Positions 27,411-36,699 of a stretch of DNA of 64,000 bases are shown piece by piece. The stretch is from NCBI GenBank assembly GCA_964570285.1, contig CAZMXP010000008.1, positions 36,659 through 100,658 on the forward strand, written 5' to 3'. A program made the position numbers and the translations under genes. The DNA comes from an uncultured Planctomycetaceae bacterium (lineage in GTDB: Bacteria; Planctomycetota; PLA2). The notes under the pieces are model-generated. The model searched no databases. It was given only the letters and a program-made list of their open reading frames with translations, and was not told the origin of the DNA. The number at the start of each line of letters is the position of its first letter. Position 1 is the stretch's first letter.

Positions 27411-28512
27411 CCGTCCGCGCTCCCGGGAGGAGCGCGGCGCCCAGCCGGCGCCGCGTCTCCTCCCATGCGAAGCGGTGGCTGCGCCGCAACCCCCGCTGCC
27501 GCATCGCGTGCCGGGCCCCCGCGTCGCGCGCCACGTCGACCAGCGCCTCGGAGAAGAGGCGTTCGTCGCGCGGGGGAACGAATCGCACCGCCTCCCCCCC
27601 CACCTCCCGGTGCGGGGGAATGTCGCTCGCAACCACCGGACTTCCGCACGACATCGCCTCGAGCAGCGTCAGGCCAAACCCCTCGTAGAGCGACGGGCAG
27701 AGGGTGAGGTCGGCCCGGCGATAGAGCGCTCCGAGTTGCGACTCGTTGGCGGGCCCGTGGAAGTGGATCCGTCCGCCCGTGCCGGTGCTGCGGGCCAAGG
27801 CACCCACCTCCGGCGCATCGGCGCCGCCGCCGCCCGCGATCACGAGATGGTGCTCCGGCAGGGCCGAGGCCGCGCGATCGAAGGCGCGCAGCAGCAGCGG
27901 AAGGTTCTTGCGCCGCTCCATCGAGGTCACGCAGAGGAGGACGGGAGCATCGTTCGGAACCCCCGTGATCGTGTCGCAGCCCTGGAGGGGAAGCGGCCTC
28001 GCGGCGAGCGGGACGATGTCGATGCGGTCGGGGCCGGCGAGACCCAGATCCTCGACCTCGGTGGCCACCGCCATGGTGGGCACGATGATCCGGTCGGCCA
28101 GCCTCGCACAGCGACGCAGCGTGAAGCCGGCCCGCCAGACCTGCCGGCGCCCGTAGAGTTCGGGATGGCGCAGCCGCCCGACGTCGTGGAGGATCGCGAC
28201 CCGCCGGGCCTTGCGCGTGGGGAGCATCAGGTAGTTGGTTGCGACGAAGAGATCGAGGGGCCCAAGCAGCGACTCGGCCTTGGGCCAGGCAAGCAGGTCG
28301 AAGAAGAGCGGGTTCAGCAGGCGCGGAACCCAGTTGTAGCCAAGGGGATAGGGCGTCGGGGGTGCTCCCTCGACGACCCGTCGCCACCCCCCGACAAGCC
28401 CGATAACCTCGTGCTGCGCCTCGCGGAGGCACTCGACAACCATCCCGGTGCACACCCCGATCCCGGTCTTGGCCCTGAGCAGCGGAGTGACGTCGATCCC
28501 AACCCTCATCAC
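27388..28512 (-). CDS. Glycosyltransferase family 4.
   Basis: MMRVGIDVTPLL... N-terminus; ...EGFGLTLLEAMSCGSPVVASDIPPHREV... GT1 C-terminal motif. Confidence 0.8.
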   Translation of the reverse strand: MMRVGIDVTPLLRAKTGIGVCTGMVVECLREAQHEVIGLVGGWRRVVEGAPPTPYPLGYNWVPRLLNPLFFDLLAWPKAESLLGPLDLFVATNYLMLPTRKARRVAILHDVGRLRHPELYGRRQVWRAGFTLRRCARLADRIIVPTMAVATEVEDLGLAGPDRIDIVPLAARPLPLQGCDTITGVPNDAPVLLCVTSMERRKNLPLLLRAFDRAASALPEHHLVIAGGGGADAPEVGALARSTGTGGRIHFHGPANESQLGALYRRADLTLCPSLYEGFGLTLLEAMSCGSPVVASDIPPHREVGGEAVRFVPPRDERLFSEALVDVARDAGARHAMRQRGLRRSHRFAWEETRRRLGAALLPGARTATGRCGP

Positions 28513-28528
28513 AGGCCGGGATGATAAG

Positions 28529-28596
28529 GGATTCCGTCCGCTGAGGCGTGCGGAAGAGGGCAGCGGCGGTGCCTAGGCGGACGGAATCCCTAGATA
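28529..28596. repeat. Inverted-repeat element copy A (GGGATTCCGTCCGC, ~37 nt, GCGGACGGAATCCC, then TAG).
   Basis: 14-bp perfect inverted repeat read directly from the sequence. Confidence 0.5.
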
Positions 28597-28893
28597 GGCG
28601 CAGCGAACGTCGTGGGACGCCGGCCCACTCCTCGGGCCCTTGGGCCGGCGGCCCGGTGCGATCCCCGCCCTCCGGCGGGCCGCCGCAGGTGCAACCCCAC
28701 TCCCCCAGCGCCCGCCCCCCCGCCGCCGGCCAAAGAGTGGCGCCCGCCTGGGAGTTCGTAGTCCCAAGCGGGCGCCGGAGGTAAGGAGGGTCGAGGGGTT
28801 CGTTGTTCTTGGCGGCCATCGCCGCCAGCACAGGGAGATTATTTCGCCCGTCGGGCCATGCAACCAATGCGACTAAATAATCTTTTTTGCGAC

Positions 28894-28967
28894 TAATGGG
28901 ACTCCGGTCGCTGGGAGGTTTTGGAGGGGTGCGGGGACCTGGCCTGGGCGACCGGAATCCCTAGGGA
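28894..28967. repeat. Inverted-repeat element copy B (GGGACTCCGGTCGC, ~36 nt, GCGACCGGAATCCC, then TAG), related to copy A.
   Basis: Same arm consensus GGGAYTCCGKYCGC / GCGRMCGGAATCCCTAG. Intergenic, with no coding potential in the span. Confidence 0.5.
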
Positions 28968-28998
28968 AGAGCGGGAACTGTCACGCCTGCCGCCGGGC

Positions 28999-29832
28999 TC
29001 AGCGCCCGGCTTCCCCCCCCGCGCCCCCCCGGGTGCCACGGACAGGACCACCGGGCACTCCCATGCCACCGTCACGACCGCCGAACATGAAGCCGCCGCG
29101 CTCGCGCATGCTCTCGTCCACGAGCGTCTTCGCGTCGACGGCGGGCATCGTCTCTTCGAGGGCGGTCAGCGTCTCGGTCCTGAGCGTCTCGAACTCCGCG
29201 CGCATCAGTTGGCCCATCTGGTCGCGGGGGAGGTTCTGCCCCTCGACGGACGCGCTGACCCTGCGCCAGAGCCCCGGCATCTTCTCCCGGGCGCCGAGGA
29301 TGACGCCCGCGACGACCTTTTTCTGCTTCTCGTCGAGCCTGCCGATCTTGCTCTCGGAGACGAGGCGGTCGATGTCCTCCACGACGCGCTGCACGCGCGC
29401 CTCCTGCGCGTTGATCTCGTTGGCGACGGTCACCTTCCGCCGGAAGACCTCCATCTCCTGCGGATCGAAGTCGGCGGCCGGGTCCGTCGACGGCGCGTTC
29501 CCGGGCGCCTCCGCGGCCGGGGAGGCGTGCTCCTGCTCCGGACGGGAATCGGCGCCGCTGCGTCCCGAAGGGGCGTTGGGCTTTGTCCCCGCGGCGGCTT
29601 CCGCACCGCCGCCGCTCTCGCGGTTGGCGAGGCGGCGCTCGATGCGATCGAGCCGTGCGGCAAGTTCGGCACGATCCTCGAGTTGGCCATCCGCGACGGC
29701 GGCTGACCTCCCCCCCGAGTTGCTGCGAGCGCTGCTGACCTGGGCCTTGAGGTCCTCCTGCTGCACATAGAGGAGGATCACGAGGCCCAGCGCGGCCGCG
29801 TTGGTGAGGGCGAGAATCGGAACGGCTTTCAT
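28999..29832 (-). CDS. Hypothetical membrane-anchored coiled-coil protein.
   Basis: MKAVPILALTNAAALGLVILLYV... N-terminal TM, then a charged helical region with a Gly-rich C-terminus. Confidence 0.45.
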   Translation of the reverse strand: MKAVPILALTNAAALGLVILLYVQQEDLKAQVSSARSNSGGRSAAVADGQLEDRAELAARLDRIERRLANRESGGGAEAAAGTKPNAPSGRSGADSRPEQEHASPAAEAPGNAPSTDPAADFDPQEMEVFRRKVTVANEINAQEARVQRVVEDIDRLVSESKIGRLDEKQKKVVAGVILGAREKMPGLWRRVSASVEGQNLPRDQMGQLMRAEFETLRTETLTALEETMPAVDAKTLVDESMRERGGFMFGGRDGGMGVPGGPVRGTRGGAGGEAGR

Positions 29833-30566
29833 GAGTGGGTACTCTCCGGGACTTTCGATTGAACACCGGCTGGGGCGTCCCTGTTTCGCGCCTGCCGGAA
29901 ATCGCCTTCCAAGGCTCGTGCGTAGGAGGCGCGGGCCTGCGGGGTTGCGGTCGCTCTCGCGAGAAAGGCCTCGACCTCCACGGCTGCGGCGGCTTCGGGA
30001 AGCAGTCGCGCGCGTTCGAGGCCGTAGGCCCAGCCGGTGGGGAGGGGTTCGGGGACCGGCCGCCGCCCCGCGGCAGCCAGCAGCAGTTCGCCCCGCAGCG
30101 ATCCGCCCGCCACACGTTCGACGACGCTCAGCGCCACCTCCGCCTCGGGATCCCCCTGCGCGATCAGCCGCGTGGCCAGGTCCCGGGCACAGTTCGGGGT
30201 GGCCCGCTCCCGGATCGACGAGCGCATCAGGTCCAGAGCCCGGGCCTCGTCGCCGCGCCAGAGCGCGCAGAGGGCGAGTCCGTGCAGGGCCCGCGCCCGG
30301 GAGCGCGGGACGAGCCCGAGATAGCACTCCTCGGCCGCGTCCACATCCCCATAGGCCTTCAGCAGCAGCTCGGCGCGACGGAGGTTCGCGTCCAGATGAC
30401 GAGGGTCGACCTGGCACGCGTCCTCGAGGGCGGCCCTCACCGCCGCCCAATCGGGCGCCTGCGCAGCCTCTTCCGCCCGCCGAAGGCAGTGGTCGACAAC
30501 AACGCGCGGCGTCGTCGTGCACGATGCGAGCGCAAGCGCGCAGAAGAGAAGGGGAGCCCAACCCAC
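29829..30566 (-). CDS. TPR-like repeat lipoprotein.
   Basis: Lipobox LASC. Helical-repeat composition. The stop overlaps the downstream start. Confidence 0.5.
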   Translation of the reverse strand: MGWAPLLFCALALASCTTTPRVVVDHCLRRAEEAAQAPDWAAVRAALEDACQVDPRHLDANLRRAELLLKAYGDVDAAEECYLGLVPRSRARALHGLALCALWRGDEARALDLMRSSIRERATPNCARDLATRLIAQGDPEAEVALSVVERVAGGSLRGELLLAAAGRRPVPEPLPTGWAYGLERARLLPEAAAAVEVEAFLARATATPQARASYARALEGDFRQARNRDAPAGVQSKVPESTHS

Positions 30567-30632
30567 TCCCCCATCCTAATCGGAGGTCCCCGTGCCGTTG
30601 TCCCCCCCCCAGGAACCCCCTAGAATGCCCCC

Positions 30633-31757
30633 ATGAATCCGCTCAGAGCGCTCCTCCTCGCCCTACTGACTCTTCTCGTCGCTGCCTGCAGCGGCGACGA
30701 GAAGAGTGACGAGTTCCGGGTGGGGGTCATCCTCCCGATGACCGGCCAGACCGCGACCTACGGCGAGGAGTCGTGGAACGGCATCCAGATGGCGCTCGAC
30801 GAGCTGAAGGCCGAGGGGTTCGACTGCGTGCTGACGCTGCGCGACGACAAGTCGCTGAAGACCGACGCCGGCAACCAGGCCAAGTACCTGATCGAGAACG
30901 AGGGGGTCCATGCGCTGCTCGGGTCGGTCCAGTCGAGCAACACCGAGCAGATCGCGCTGGTCGCGAAGGAGGCCGGCGTCCCGCTGATCACGCCGGCGAG
31001 CACGAACGACACGCTGACGAGGAACGGCGGGCCGCTGGTCAGCCGCATCTGCTTCGACGACAAGTTCCAGGGGGCGGTCCTCGCGAACTTCGCGGCGGAC
31101 CAGGGGTGGAAGAGGGCGGTCGCCGTCGTCGACAAGGCGCAGGTCTACTCGACCGGCCTCGCCGGCAACATCAAGACCGTCTTCGTCGCCCGCGGCGGCT
31201 CCTTCCGCGAGGAGTACTACGTCACGCAGGACACCGACTTCGCGAACACGATCCAGAACGTCGCGAACGAGAGGCCCGACGTGATCTTCCTCTGCGGCTA
31301 CTACGCCGAGGGGGGGCTGATGATCCGGCAGGCGAAGGAGAAGTGGGCCGGGATCCCGCTCGTCGCCGGCGACGGCTTCGACAGCCCGAAGCTGGGCGAA
31401 CTCGTCGGCGAGACGAACGCGCAGATCTTCCTCTCCTCGCACTTCGCCGGCGATGCGCCCGACCCGAAGGTGCAGGCGTGGGCGAAGCGCTACAAGGAGC
31501 GCTTCGGCAAGATGCCCGGCGCGATGGCGGGGCTCGGCTACGACGTGCTGAAGGTGCTCGCCGACGCGGCGAAGCGCTGCAAGGACAGGAAGGACCGCGC
31601 CGAACTCGGCCGCGCGATCGCGGCGACCGCCGACTATCCCGGCATCACCGGCCGGATCAGCCTCACGACGCCCGACCGCACGCCGATCAAGGATGCCGTC
31701 ATCATGAAGGTCGATGCGGGGCTCAAGTACTACGCGACGGTGCCCGCGCGGAACTAG
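30633..31757 (+). CDS. livK: Branched-chain amino-acid ABC transporter substrate-binding lipoprotein (LivK/LivJ family).
   Basis: Lipobox LVAACSG; periplasmic-binding-protein type-I fold signature; precedes livHMGF. Confidence 0.85.
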   Translation: MNPLRALLLALLTLLVAACSGDEKSDEFRVGVILPMTGQTATYGEESWNGIQMALDELKAEGFDCVLTLRDDKSLKTDAGNQAKYLIENEGVHALLGSVQSSNTEQIALVAKEAGVPLITPASTNDTLTRNGGPLVSRICFDDKFQGAVLANFAADQGWKRAVAVVDKAQVYSTGLAGNIKTVFVARGGSFREEYYVTQDTDFANTIQNVANERPDVIFLCGYYAEGGLMIRQAKEKWAGIPLVAGDGFDSPKLGELVGETNAQIFLSSHFAGDAPDPKVQAWAKRYKERFGKMPGAMAGLGYDVLKVLADAAKRCKDRKDRAELGRAIAATADYPGITGRISLTTPDRTPIKDAVIMKVDAGLKYYATVPARN

Positions 31758-31768
31758 AGCCCCCCCGC

Positions 31769-32857
31769 GTGCTCGACTACCTGCTGAACGGGCTCGGCCT
31801 CGGCGCGATCTTCGCCTTCATCGCGCTCGGCTACACGATGGTCTACGGGATCATCAAGCTGATCAACTTCGCCCACGGCGAGTTCTTCATGGTCGGAGGC
31901 TTCCTCGGCTTCTTCGCGCTGCGGGACCTCGGCATCGAGCGCGTTGCCCTCCCCGCGCCCCTCCCCATCCTGCTCGCGTACTTCTGCGCGCTGACGGTGG
32001 CCGCCCTCGGAAGCGGCCTCCTCGCCGTCGTCACCGAGCGCATCGCCTACCGCCCGGTGCGCCGCGCCGGGCGCATCGCGGCGCTGATCACCGCGGTCTG
32101 CGTCTCGCTGATCCTCCAGAACCTCGCGATCAAGGCGTGGGGCGCCGATCCGAAGGCGTACCCCGACCCGAAGGTGTGGACCGACGTCGACGACCTGCCG
32201 GCGCGCGCCGGGAGCAACCTCTACGCGCTGCGCGTCGCGACGACCTCGTCGGGGGAGAGGGTCGAGAGCGAGGAGCGGGTCGTCGTCGAGGGGGAGGCGA
32301 TCGATGCGGCGCGGCTGAAGTCGGAGGGGCGCGGGGAGGTCTACCGGAAGGTCACGATCTCCCGCGAGGCGACGCGCGGGTTCGTGATCCTCGCGCTCGT
32401 GCTCTGGACGCCGGTGCTCTGGTTCCTCGTGATGCGGACGCGGATGGGGAAGGCGATGCGCGCCGTCAGCGAGGACCTCGACGCGGCGCGGCTGATGGGG
32501 ATCCCGATCGACCGCGTGGTTGCGTACACGTTTTTCCTCGGCGCGTTCGTCGCCGGCGTCGGCGGCGTCGCCTACTGCGTCACCTACGGCAAGATCGAGC
32601 CCTTCACCGGCTTCGTGCCGGGGCTCAAGGCGTTCATCGCGGCGGTGATCGGCGGCATCGGGTCGATCCCCGGCGCGCTCGTCGGCGGCCTTTTGCTCGG
32701 CATCGCCGAGTCGGTCGTGCCGTACATGCTGCGCGACTGGGCGGGCTGGGGCGCGGCGTTCGCGTGGAAGGACGCGATCGCGTTCGCGCTGCTGATCCTC
32801 TTCCTGCTCGTGCGCCCCACCGGCCTCTTCGGGCGCCCGCTCCGGGTGAAGGTATGA
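31769..32857 (+). CDS. livH: Branched-chain amino-acid ABC transporter permease LivH (carries a ~45-aa charged insertion).
   Basis: GTG start VLDYLLNGLGLGAIFAFIALGYTMVYG... Confidence 0.85.
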   Translation: MLDYLLNGLGLGAIFAFIALGYTMVYGIIKLINFAHGEFFMVGGFLGFFALRDLGIERVALPAPLPILLAYFCALTVAALGSGLLAVVTERIAYRPVRRAGRIAALITAVCVSLILQNLAIKAWGADPKAYPDPKVWTDVDDLPARAGSNLYALRVATTSSGERVESEERVVVEGEAIDAARLKSEGRGEVYRKVTISREATRGFVILALVLWTPVLWFLVMRTRMGKAMRAVSEDLDAARLMGIPIDRVVAYTFFLGAFVAGVGGVAYCVTYGKIEPFTGFVPGLKAFIAAVIGGIGSIPGALVGGLLLGIAESVVPYMLRDWAGWGAAFAWKDAIAFALLILFLLVRPTGLFGRPLRVKV

Positions 32858-33780
32858 GCGGCGAACTCCTCTGGTGGCTCAACCTGCTCGTCGGCGTGGG
32901 CATCTTCACGCTGCTTGCCGTCTCGCTGAACCTGATCAACGGCTTCGCCGGGATGTTCCACCTGGGCCACCACGGCTTCTGGGCGATGGGCGCCTATGCC
33001 GCCGCGTGGCTCACGCGCGAGTGCGCGGGCTCGCTGCCGGGGCCGCTGCTCTACGTGGCGACGCTCGGCTTCGGCATGGCCGTCGCGGCGGCGGGCGGGC
33101 TCGCCGTCGGCATCCCCTGCCTGCGCCTGCGCGGCGACTACCTCGCGATCGCGACGCTGGGTTTCGCCGAGATCGTGCGCATCGCGATCCAGAACCTGCC
33201 GCAGGAGACGCTCGGCGGCAGCCTCGGCATGCCGGTCGCGCGCGTGCTGATGGCGGTCGGGCCCGAGACGATGGTGGCCTTCCGCGGCGTCACGCTTGCG
33301 ATCACGATCATCGCTTGCGCCCTCGTGATCCTGCTGATCCGCAACTACATCCGGTCGGCGCAGGGCCGCCGCCTGCTCGCGGTGGCGCAGGACGAGACCG
33401 CGGCGAGCCTGCTCGGCATCGACCCGACGCGGCCGAAGGTCGTCGCGTTCGTGCTCGGCGCGTCGGTCGCCGGGCTCGCCGGCGCGCTCTTCGCGCACTT
33501 CCAGGGGTTCATCACGCCGCTCGACTTCCAGTTCATGGAGATGGTCAAGATGTTCCTGATCGTCGTGCTGGGCGGCATGGGGTCGCTCTCGGGCTGCGTC
33601 GTCGGCGCGTTCCTCGTCATCGCGACGGAGCAGCTCCTGAACCGCGCGCCGGAGGCGATCGCCGAGTGGTGGCAGGTGGAGTTCCCGCTGCTGCTCGCGC
33701 TGATGATCGTCTTCCGGCCGCAGGGCATCTTCGGGCGGCGGGAGATCGTCGACCTCTTCCGGAGAAAGGCGCGGGCGTGA
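32854..33780 (+). CDS. livM: Branched-chain amino-acid ABC transporter permease LivM.
   Basis: ATGA overlap with livH; MSGELLWWLNLLVGVGIFTLLAVSLNLINGFAGMF... Confidence 0.85.
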   Translation: MSGELLWWLNLLVGVGIFTLLAVSLNLINGFAGMFHLGHHGFWAMGAYAAAWLTRECAGSLPGPLLYVATLGFGMAVAAAGGLAVGIPCLRLRGDYLAIATLGFAEIVRIAIQNLPQETLGGSLGMPVARVLMAVGPETMVAFRGVTLAITIIACALVILLIRNYIRSAQGRRLLAVAQDETAASLLGIDPTRPKVVAFVLGASVAGLAGALFAHFQGFITPLDFQFMEMVKMFLIVVLGGMGSLSGCVVGAFLVIATEQLLNRAPEAIAEWWQVEFPLLLALMIVFRPQGIFGRREIVDLFRRKARA

Positions 33781-34550
33781 GCGACCTGCTCTTCCGCACC
33801 GAGGGGCTCACGAAGCGGTATGGCGGACTCACCGCGGTGAGCCGCGTCTGCCTCGAGCTGCGCGAAGGCGAACTCGTCGGGCTCATCGGCCCCAACGGCG
33901 CCGGCAAGACGACCTGCTTCAACCTGATCACCGGCGCCGACCTGCCCACGGAGGGGTGCATCCGGCTCCGCGGCGCGGACGTGACCGGCACGCGCTCCTT
34001 CGACATGGCGCGCCTCGGCGTCGCGCGCACCTTCCAGAACATCCGCCTCTGGAAGGAGATGAGCGTGCTCGACAACGTGCGCACCGTCTGCGCCGCCGGG
34101 GGGCGGTCGGGCTTCTGGTCCGGCGTCTTGCGCCTCTCCTCCTACCGGGTCGCGGAGCGGAGCATCCGCGAGAAATCGGAAGCGCTGCTCGCGCGGATGG
34201 GACTCGAGGGGGCCGCGGGGGAGATGGCGGCGGACCTCCCCTACGGCGACCAGCGCAAGCTCGAGATCGCCCGCGCGCTCGCGCTCGCGCCGCGGATCCT
34301 GCTGCTCGACGAGCCGGCGGCGGGGATGAACCCGGCCGAGAAGGCCGACCTGATGCACACGGTGCGCGAGATCCGGCGGGAGTTCGGGCTCACGATCCTG
34401 CTGATCGAGCACGACATGAAGTTCGTGATGGGCATCTGCGAGCGCATCTACGTGCTCGACCACGGCGAGGAGATCGCCCACGGGACGCCGGACGAGATCC
34501 GCAGGGACCCGAAGGTGATCGAGGCCTATCTCGGGGGGAGCGCCGGCTGA
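33777..34550 (+). CDS. livG: Branched-chain amino-acid ABC transporter ATP-binding protein LivG.
   Basis: GTGA overlap with livM. Walker A GPNGAGKTT; signature LSGGEQ-like motif. Confidence 0.9.
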   Translation: MSDLLFRTEGLTKRYGGLTAVSRVCLELREGELVGLIGPNGAGKTTCFNLITGADLPTEGCIRLRGADVTGTRSFDMARLGVARTFQNIRLWKEMSVLDNVRTVCAAGGRSGFWSGVLRLSSYRVAERSIREKSEALLARMGLEGAAGEMAADLPYGDQRKLEIARALALAPRILLLDEPAAGMNPAEKADLMHTVREIRREFGLTILLIEHDMKFVMGICERIYVLDHGEEIAHGTPDEIRRDPKVIEAYLGGSAG

Positions 34551-35254
34551 TGCTCACCCTCGAAGGCGTCGATGTCTTCTACGGGCGCGTGCAGGCGCTG
34601 CACGGGCTCTCGATCCGCGTCGAGCAGGGCGAGATCGTCACGCTGATCGGCGCCAACGGCGCCGGCAAGAGCACGACGCTCCGGACCGTCAGCGGGCTGC
34701 TGCGCCTCGCCGCCGGGCGGATGCGCTTCGACGGGGAGGACCTCGCGCGGCTCCAGAGCCACGAGATCGTCGCGCGGGGGCTCTGCCACGTGCCCGAGGG
34801 GCGGCGCATCTTCACCGGGCTCACGGTGCGCGAGAACCTCGACATGGGCGCCTACCGCGTCCGCGACGCCGCGAAGAGGTCGGGGAACCTCGAACGGGTC
34901 TTCTCGCTCTTCCCGCGCCTGAAGGAGCGGATGCACCAGAGCGGCGGCACGCTGAGCGGCGGAGAGCAGCAGATGCTCGCGATCGGAAGGGCGCTGATGT
35001 CGAGCCCGCGGCTGCTGCTGCTCGACGAACCGAGCCTCGGGATCGCGCCGCTGCTCGTGCAGGAGATCTTCCGCGAGATCGGGCGCGTCAACCGCGAGGA
35101 CGGCACGACGATCCTGCTCGTCGAGCAGAACGCGAACATGGCGCTGCGGCTCGCCGACCGCGGCTATGTGCTCGAGACGGGCCGCATCGTGCTCGAGGCC
35201 TCCGCCCGCGCGCTGCTCGAGGACCCGCAGGTGAGGGAGGCCTATCTGGGCTGA
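34550..35254 (+). CDS. livF: Branched-chain amino-acid ABC transporter ATP-binding protein LivF.
   Basis: Walker A GANGAGKST; LSGGEQQML; Walker B LLLLDEPS. Confidence 0.9.
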   Translation: MLTLEGVDVFYGRVQALHGLSIRVEQGEIVTLIGANGAGKSTTLRTVSGLLRLAAGRMRFDGEDLARLQSHEIVARGLCHVPEGRRIFTGLTVRENLDMGAYRVRDAAKRSGNLERVFSLFPRLKERMHQSGGTLSGGEQQMLAIGRALMSSPRLLLLDEPSLGIAPLLVQEIFREIGRVNREDGTTILLVEQNANMALRLADRGYVLETGRIVLEASARALLEDPQVREAYLG

Positions 35255-35306
35255 TCGCGCGCCCTGCGCCCCCCGCACCCCCCAGGCCTCCCGCGCCGGC
35301 GACAGG

Positions 35307-36461
35307 TCAGAAGAAGGCGGACTCCGACTCGACCATCGTCAGGAACCAGTTGTCGAGCGAGTAGGCCTCCTCGGGCAGCGCCTTCGTCCGCGAGATCATC
35401 AGTTCGTAGCCGTTGGAACGCCGGAAGCCGGCCGAGCGGCACGCCGCGCCGATGTGCGGGTCGGAGGTGAGCACCTCGAGCACGTCGGCGCGCTCGCGCG
35501 CGGCGAGGCGGAGGAGGTGGTAGACGGCGGAGCGGGCCGCCTCGTCGGAGGCCGGTCGCGCGAGGTCGAGGACGCGGCAGACGCGGACGTCGCGGTACTC
35601 CTGGCTTCCGACGCGCTCGTGGGTGGCGACGCGCAGCAGGAAGTGGCCGGCGGTCGCTCCCGAGCCGTCCAGCACGCGGAAGGCGCGCCCGCGGACCGCC
35701 GGATTGCGGCGCACGAAGCGCAGCTTCCAGTTGAGGTAGGCGCAGCCCCGCCGCACGTGGGCGCGCGGCGCCCCCGCCGCGTCGACCTCGGGAACATCCC
35801 CGAAGGAGTCCACCTCCTCGAGGGAGAGGCCGGCCGCGGAGGGACGCAGGCGCGCGCGCTGGAGGAGCGACCAGGAGCGCAGCAGGGGATTGGCGCAGGC
35901 GGCGGCCGCCCATGCGAGCGGAGCGCTGCGCACGTGGCGACGCAGGATCGGGCCGCTGCGGAGCGGCATCACCCAGCGGGCCGCGAGGCCCACGTTCGCC
36001 ATGCGGAGCGCGGTCATGAGCCGGTTGGCGTAGGGGGTGGCCCCGTAGGCGCTGAAGGGCAGGTTCCGCGCCGCAAGATGCGCCAGCAGCTCCCGCAGCA
36101 GAAGCCCGCCCACGCCGGCGGCGCGGCGGTCGGGGTGCGAGAAGAGGCTGTGGCCCGTGACGCAGGGATACTCCCGCCCGCCGATGCGCAGCGGCTGGCT
36201 GATCAGCGCCATGCTCGCGACCCGGACGCCGTCGATGGAGAGCGCCGTGGCGACAGGCACGTCGGCGGCCAGGTCGGGGTGGGAGCGCACGAGTTCCCAG
36301 ATCGCCCCCGGCATGAGCTCGACCGCGGCGGGATCGGCGGGCCAAAGGAAGGCCTCGCCGCGCTCCTCGAGTTCAGGGCGCGTGAACGTCTCGAATTCGG
36401 TCTTCATGGCGGCCGGGCGCGGCCCGGGAGCGGCGGGGTCGTCGATCCGTTCAGGAGACAC
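35307..36461 (-). CDS. GNAT-like acyltransferase-family protein (putative N-acyltransferase paired with ACP and FkbH).
   Basis: Overall GNAT-like composition; position immediately downstream of the ACP gene. Weak motif support. Confidence 0.45.
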   Translation of the reverse strand: MSPERIDDPAAPGPRPAAMKTEFETFTRPELEERGEAFLWPADPAAVELMPGAIWELVRSHPDLAADVPVATALSIDGVRVASMALISQPLRIGGREYPCVTGHSLFSHPDRRAAGVGGLLLRELLAHLAARNLPFSAYGATPYANRLMTALRMANVGLAARWVMPLRSGPILRRHVRSAPLAWAAAACANPLLRSWSLLQRARLRPSAAGLSLEEVDSFGDVPEVDAAGAPRAHVRRGCAYLNWKLRFVRRNPAVRGRAFRVLDGSGATAGHFLLRVATHERVGSQEYRDVRVCRVLDLARPASDEAARSAVYHLLRLAARERADVLEVLTSDPHIGAACRSAGFRRSNGYELMISRTKALPEEAYSLDNWFLTMVESESAFF

Positions 36462-36699
36462 CCTTGGAGGCGAGGCAGCGGAAGAGGTCGCCGACGTGCT
36501 GCATCCCCGCCAGTTCCGCGGTCGTAAAGGTGACGCCGAGCTTCTCCTCGAGTTCCATCACGATCACGATGTTATTGACGGAATCCCAATTGTCGACGTC
36601 CTTGGCGGCGAGGGCGTCGTGCACGACCAGATCCGGCTTCCCGAGGACGTTCCGGAAGATCTCCTGGACACGGTCCCGGACGGACGTTTCGGTCCTCAT
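36451..36699 (-). CDS. Acyl carrier protein.
   Basis: 82 aa, ...DVDNWDSVNNIVIVMELEEKLGV..., with a Ser in a DS motif at the helix-2 N-cap. ATG at 36699 overlaps the FkbH stop. Confidence 0.7.
   Translation of the reverse strand: MRTETSVRDRVQEIFRNVLGKPDLVVHDALAAKDVDNWDSVNNIVIVMELEEKLGVTFTTAELAGMQHVGDLFRCLASKGVS

Noticed and set aside
28573-28876. Small ORFs (78-96 aa) in the 28.5-29.0 kb intergenic region.
   Set aside because: Arg/Pro-rich, overlapping on both strands and lying within the palindromic repeat region. No RBS or motif support.
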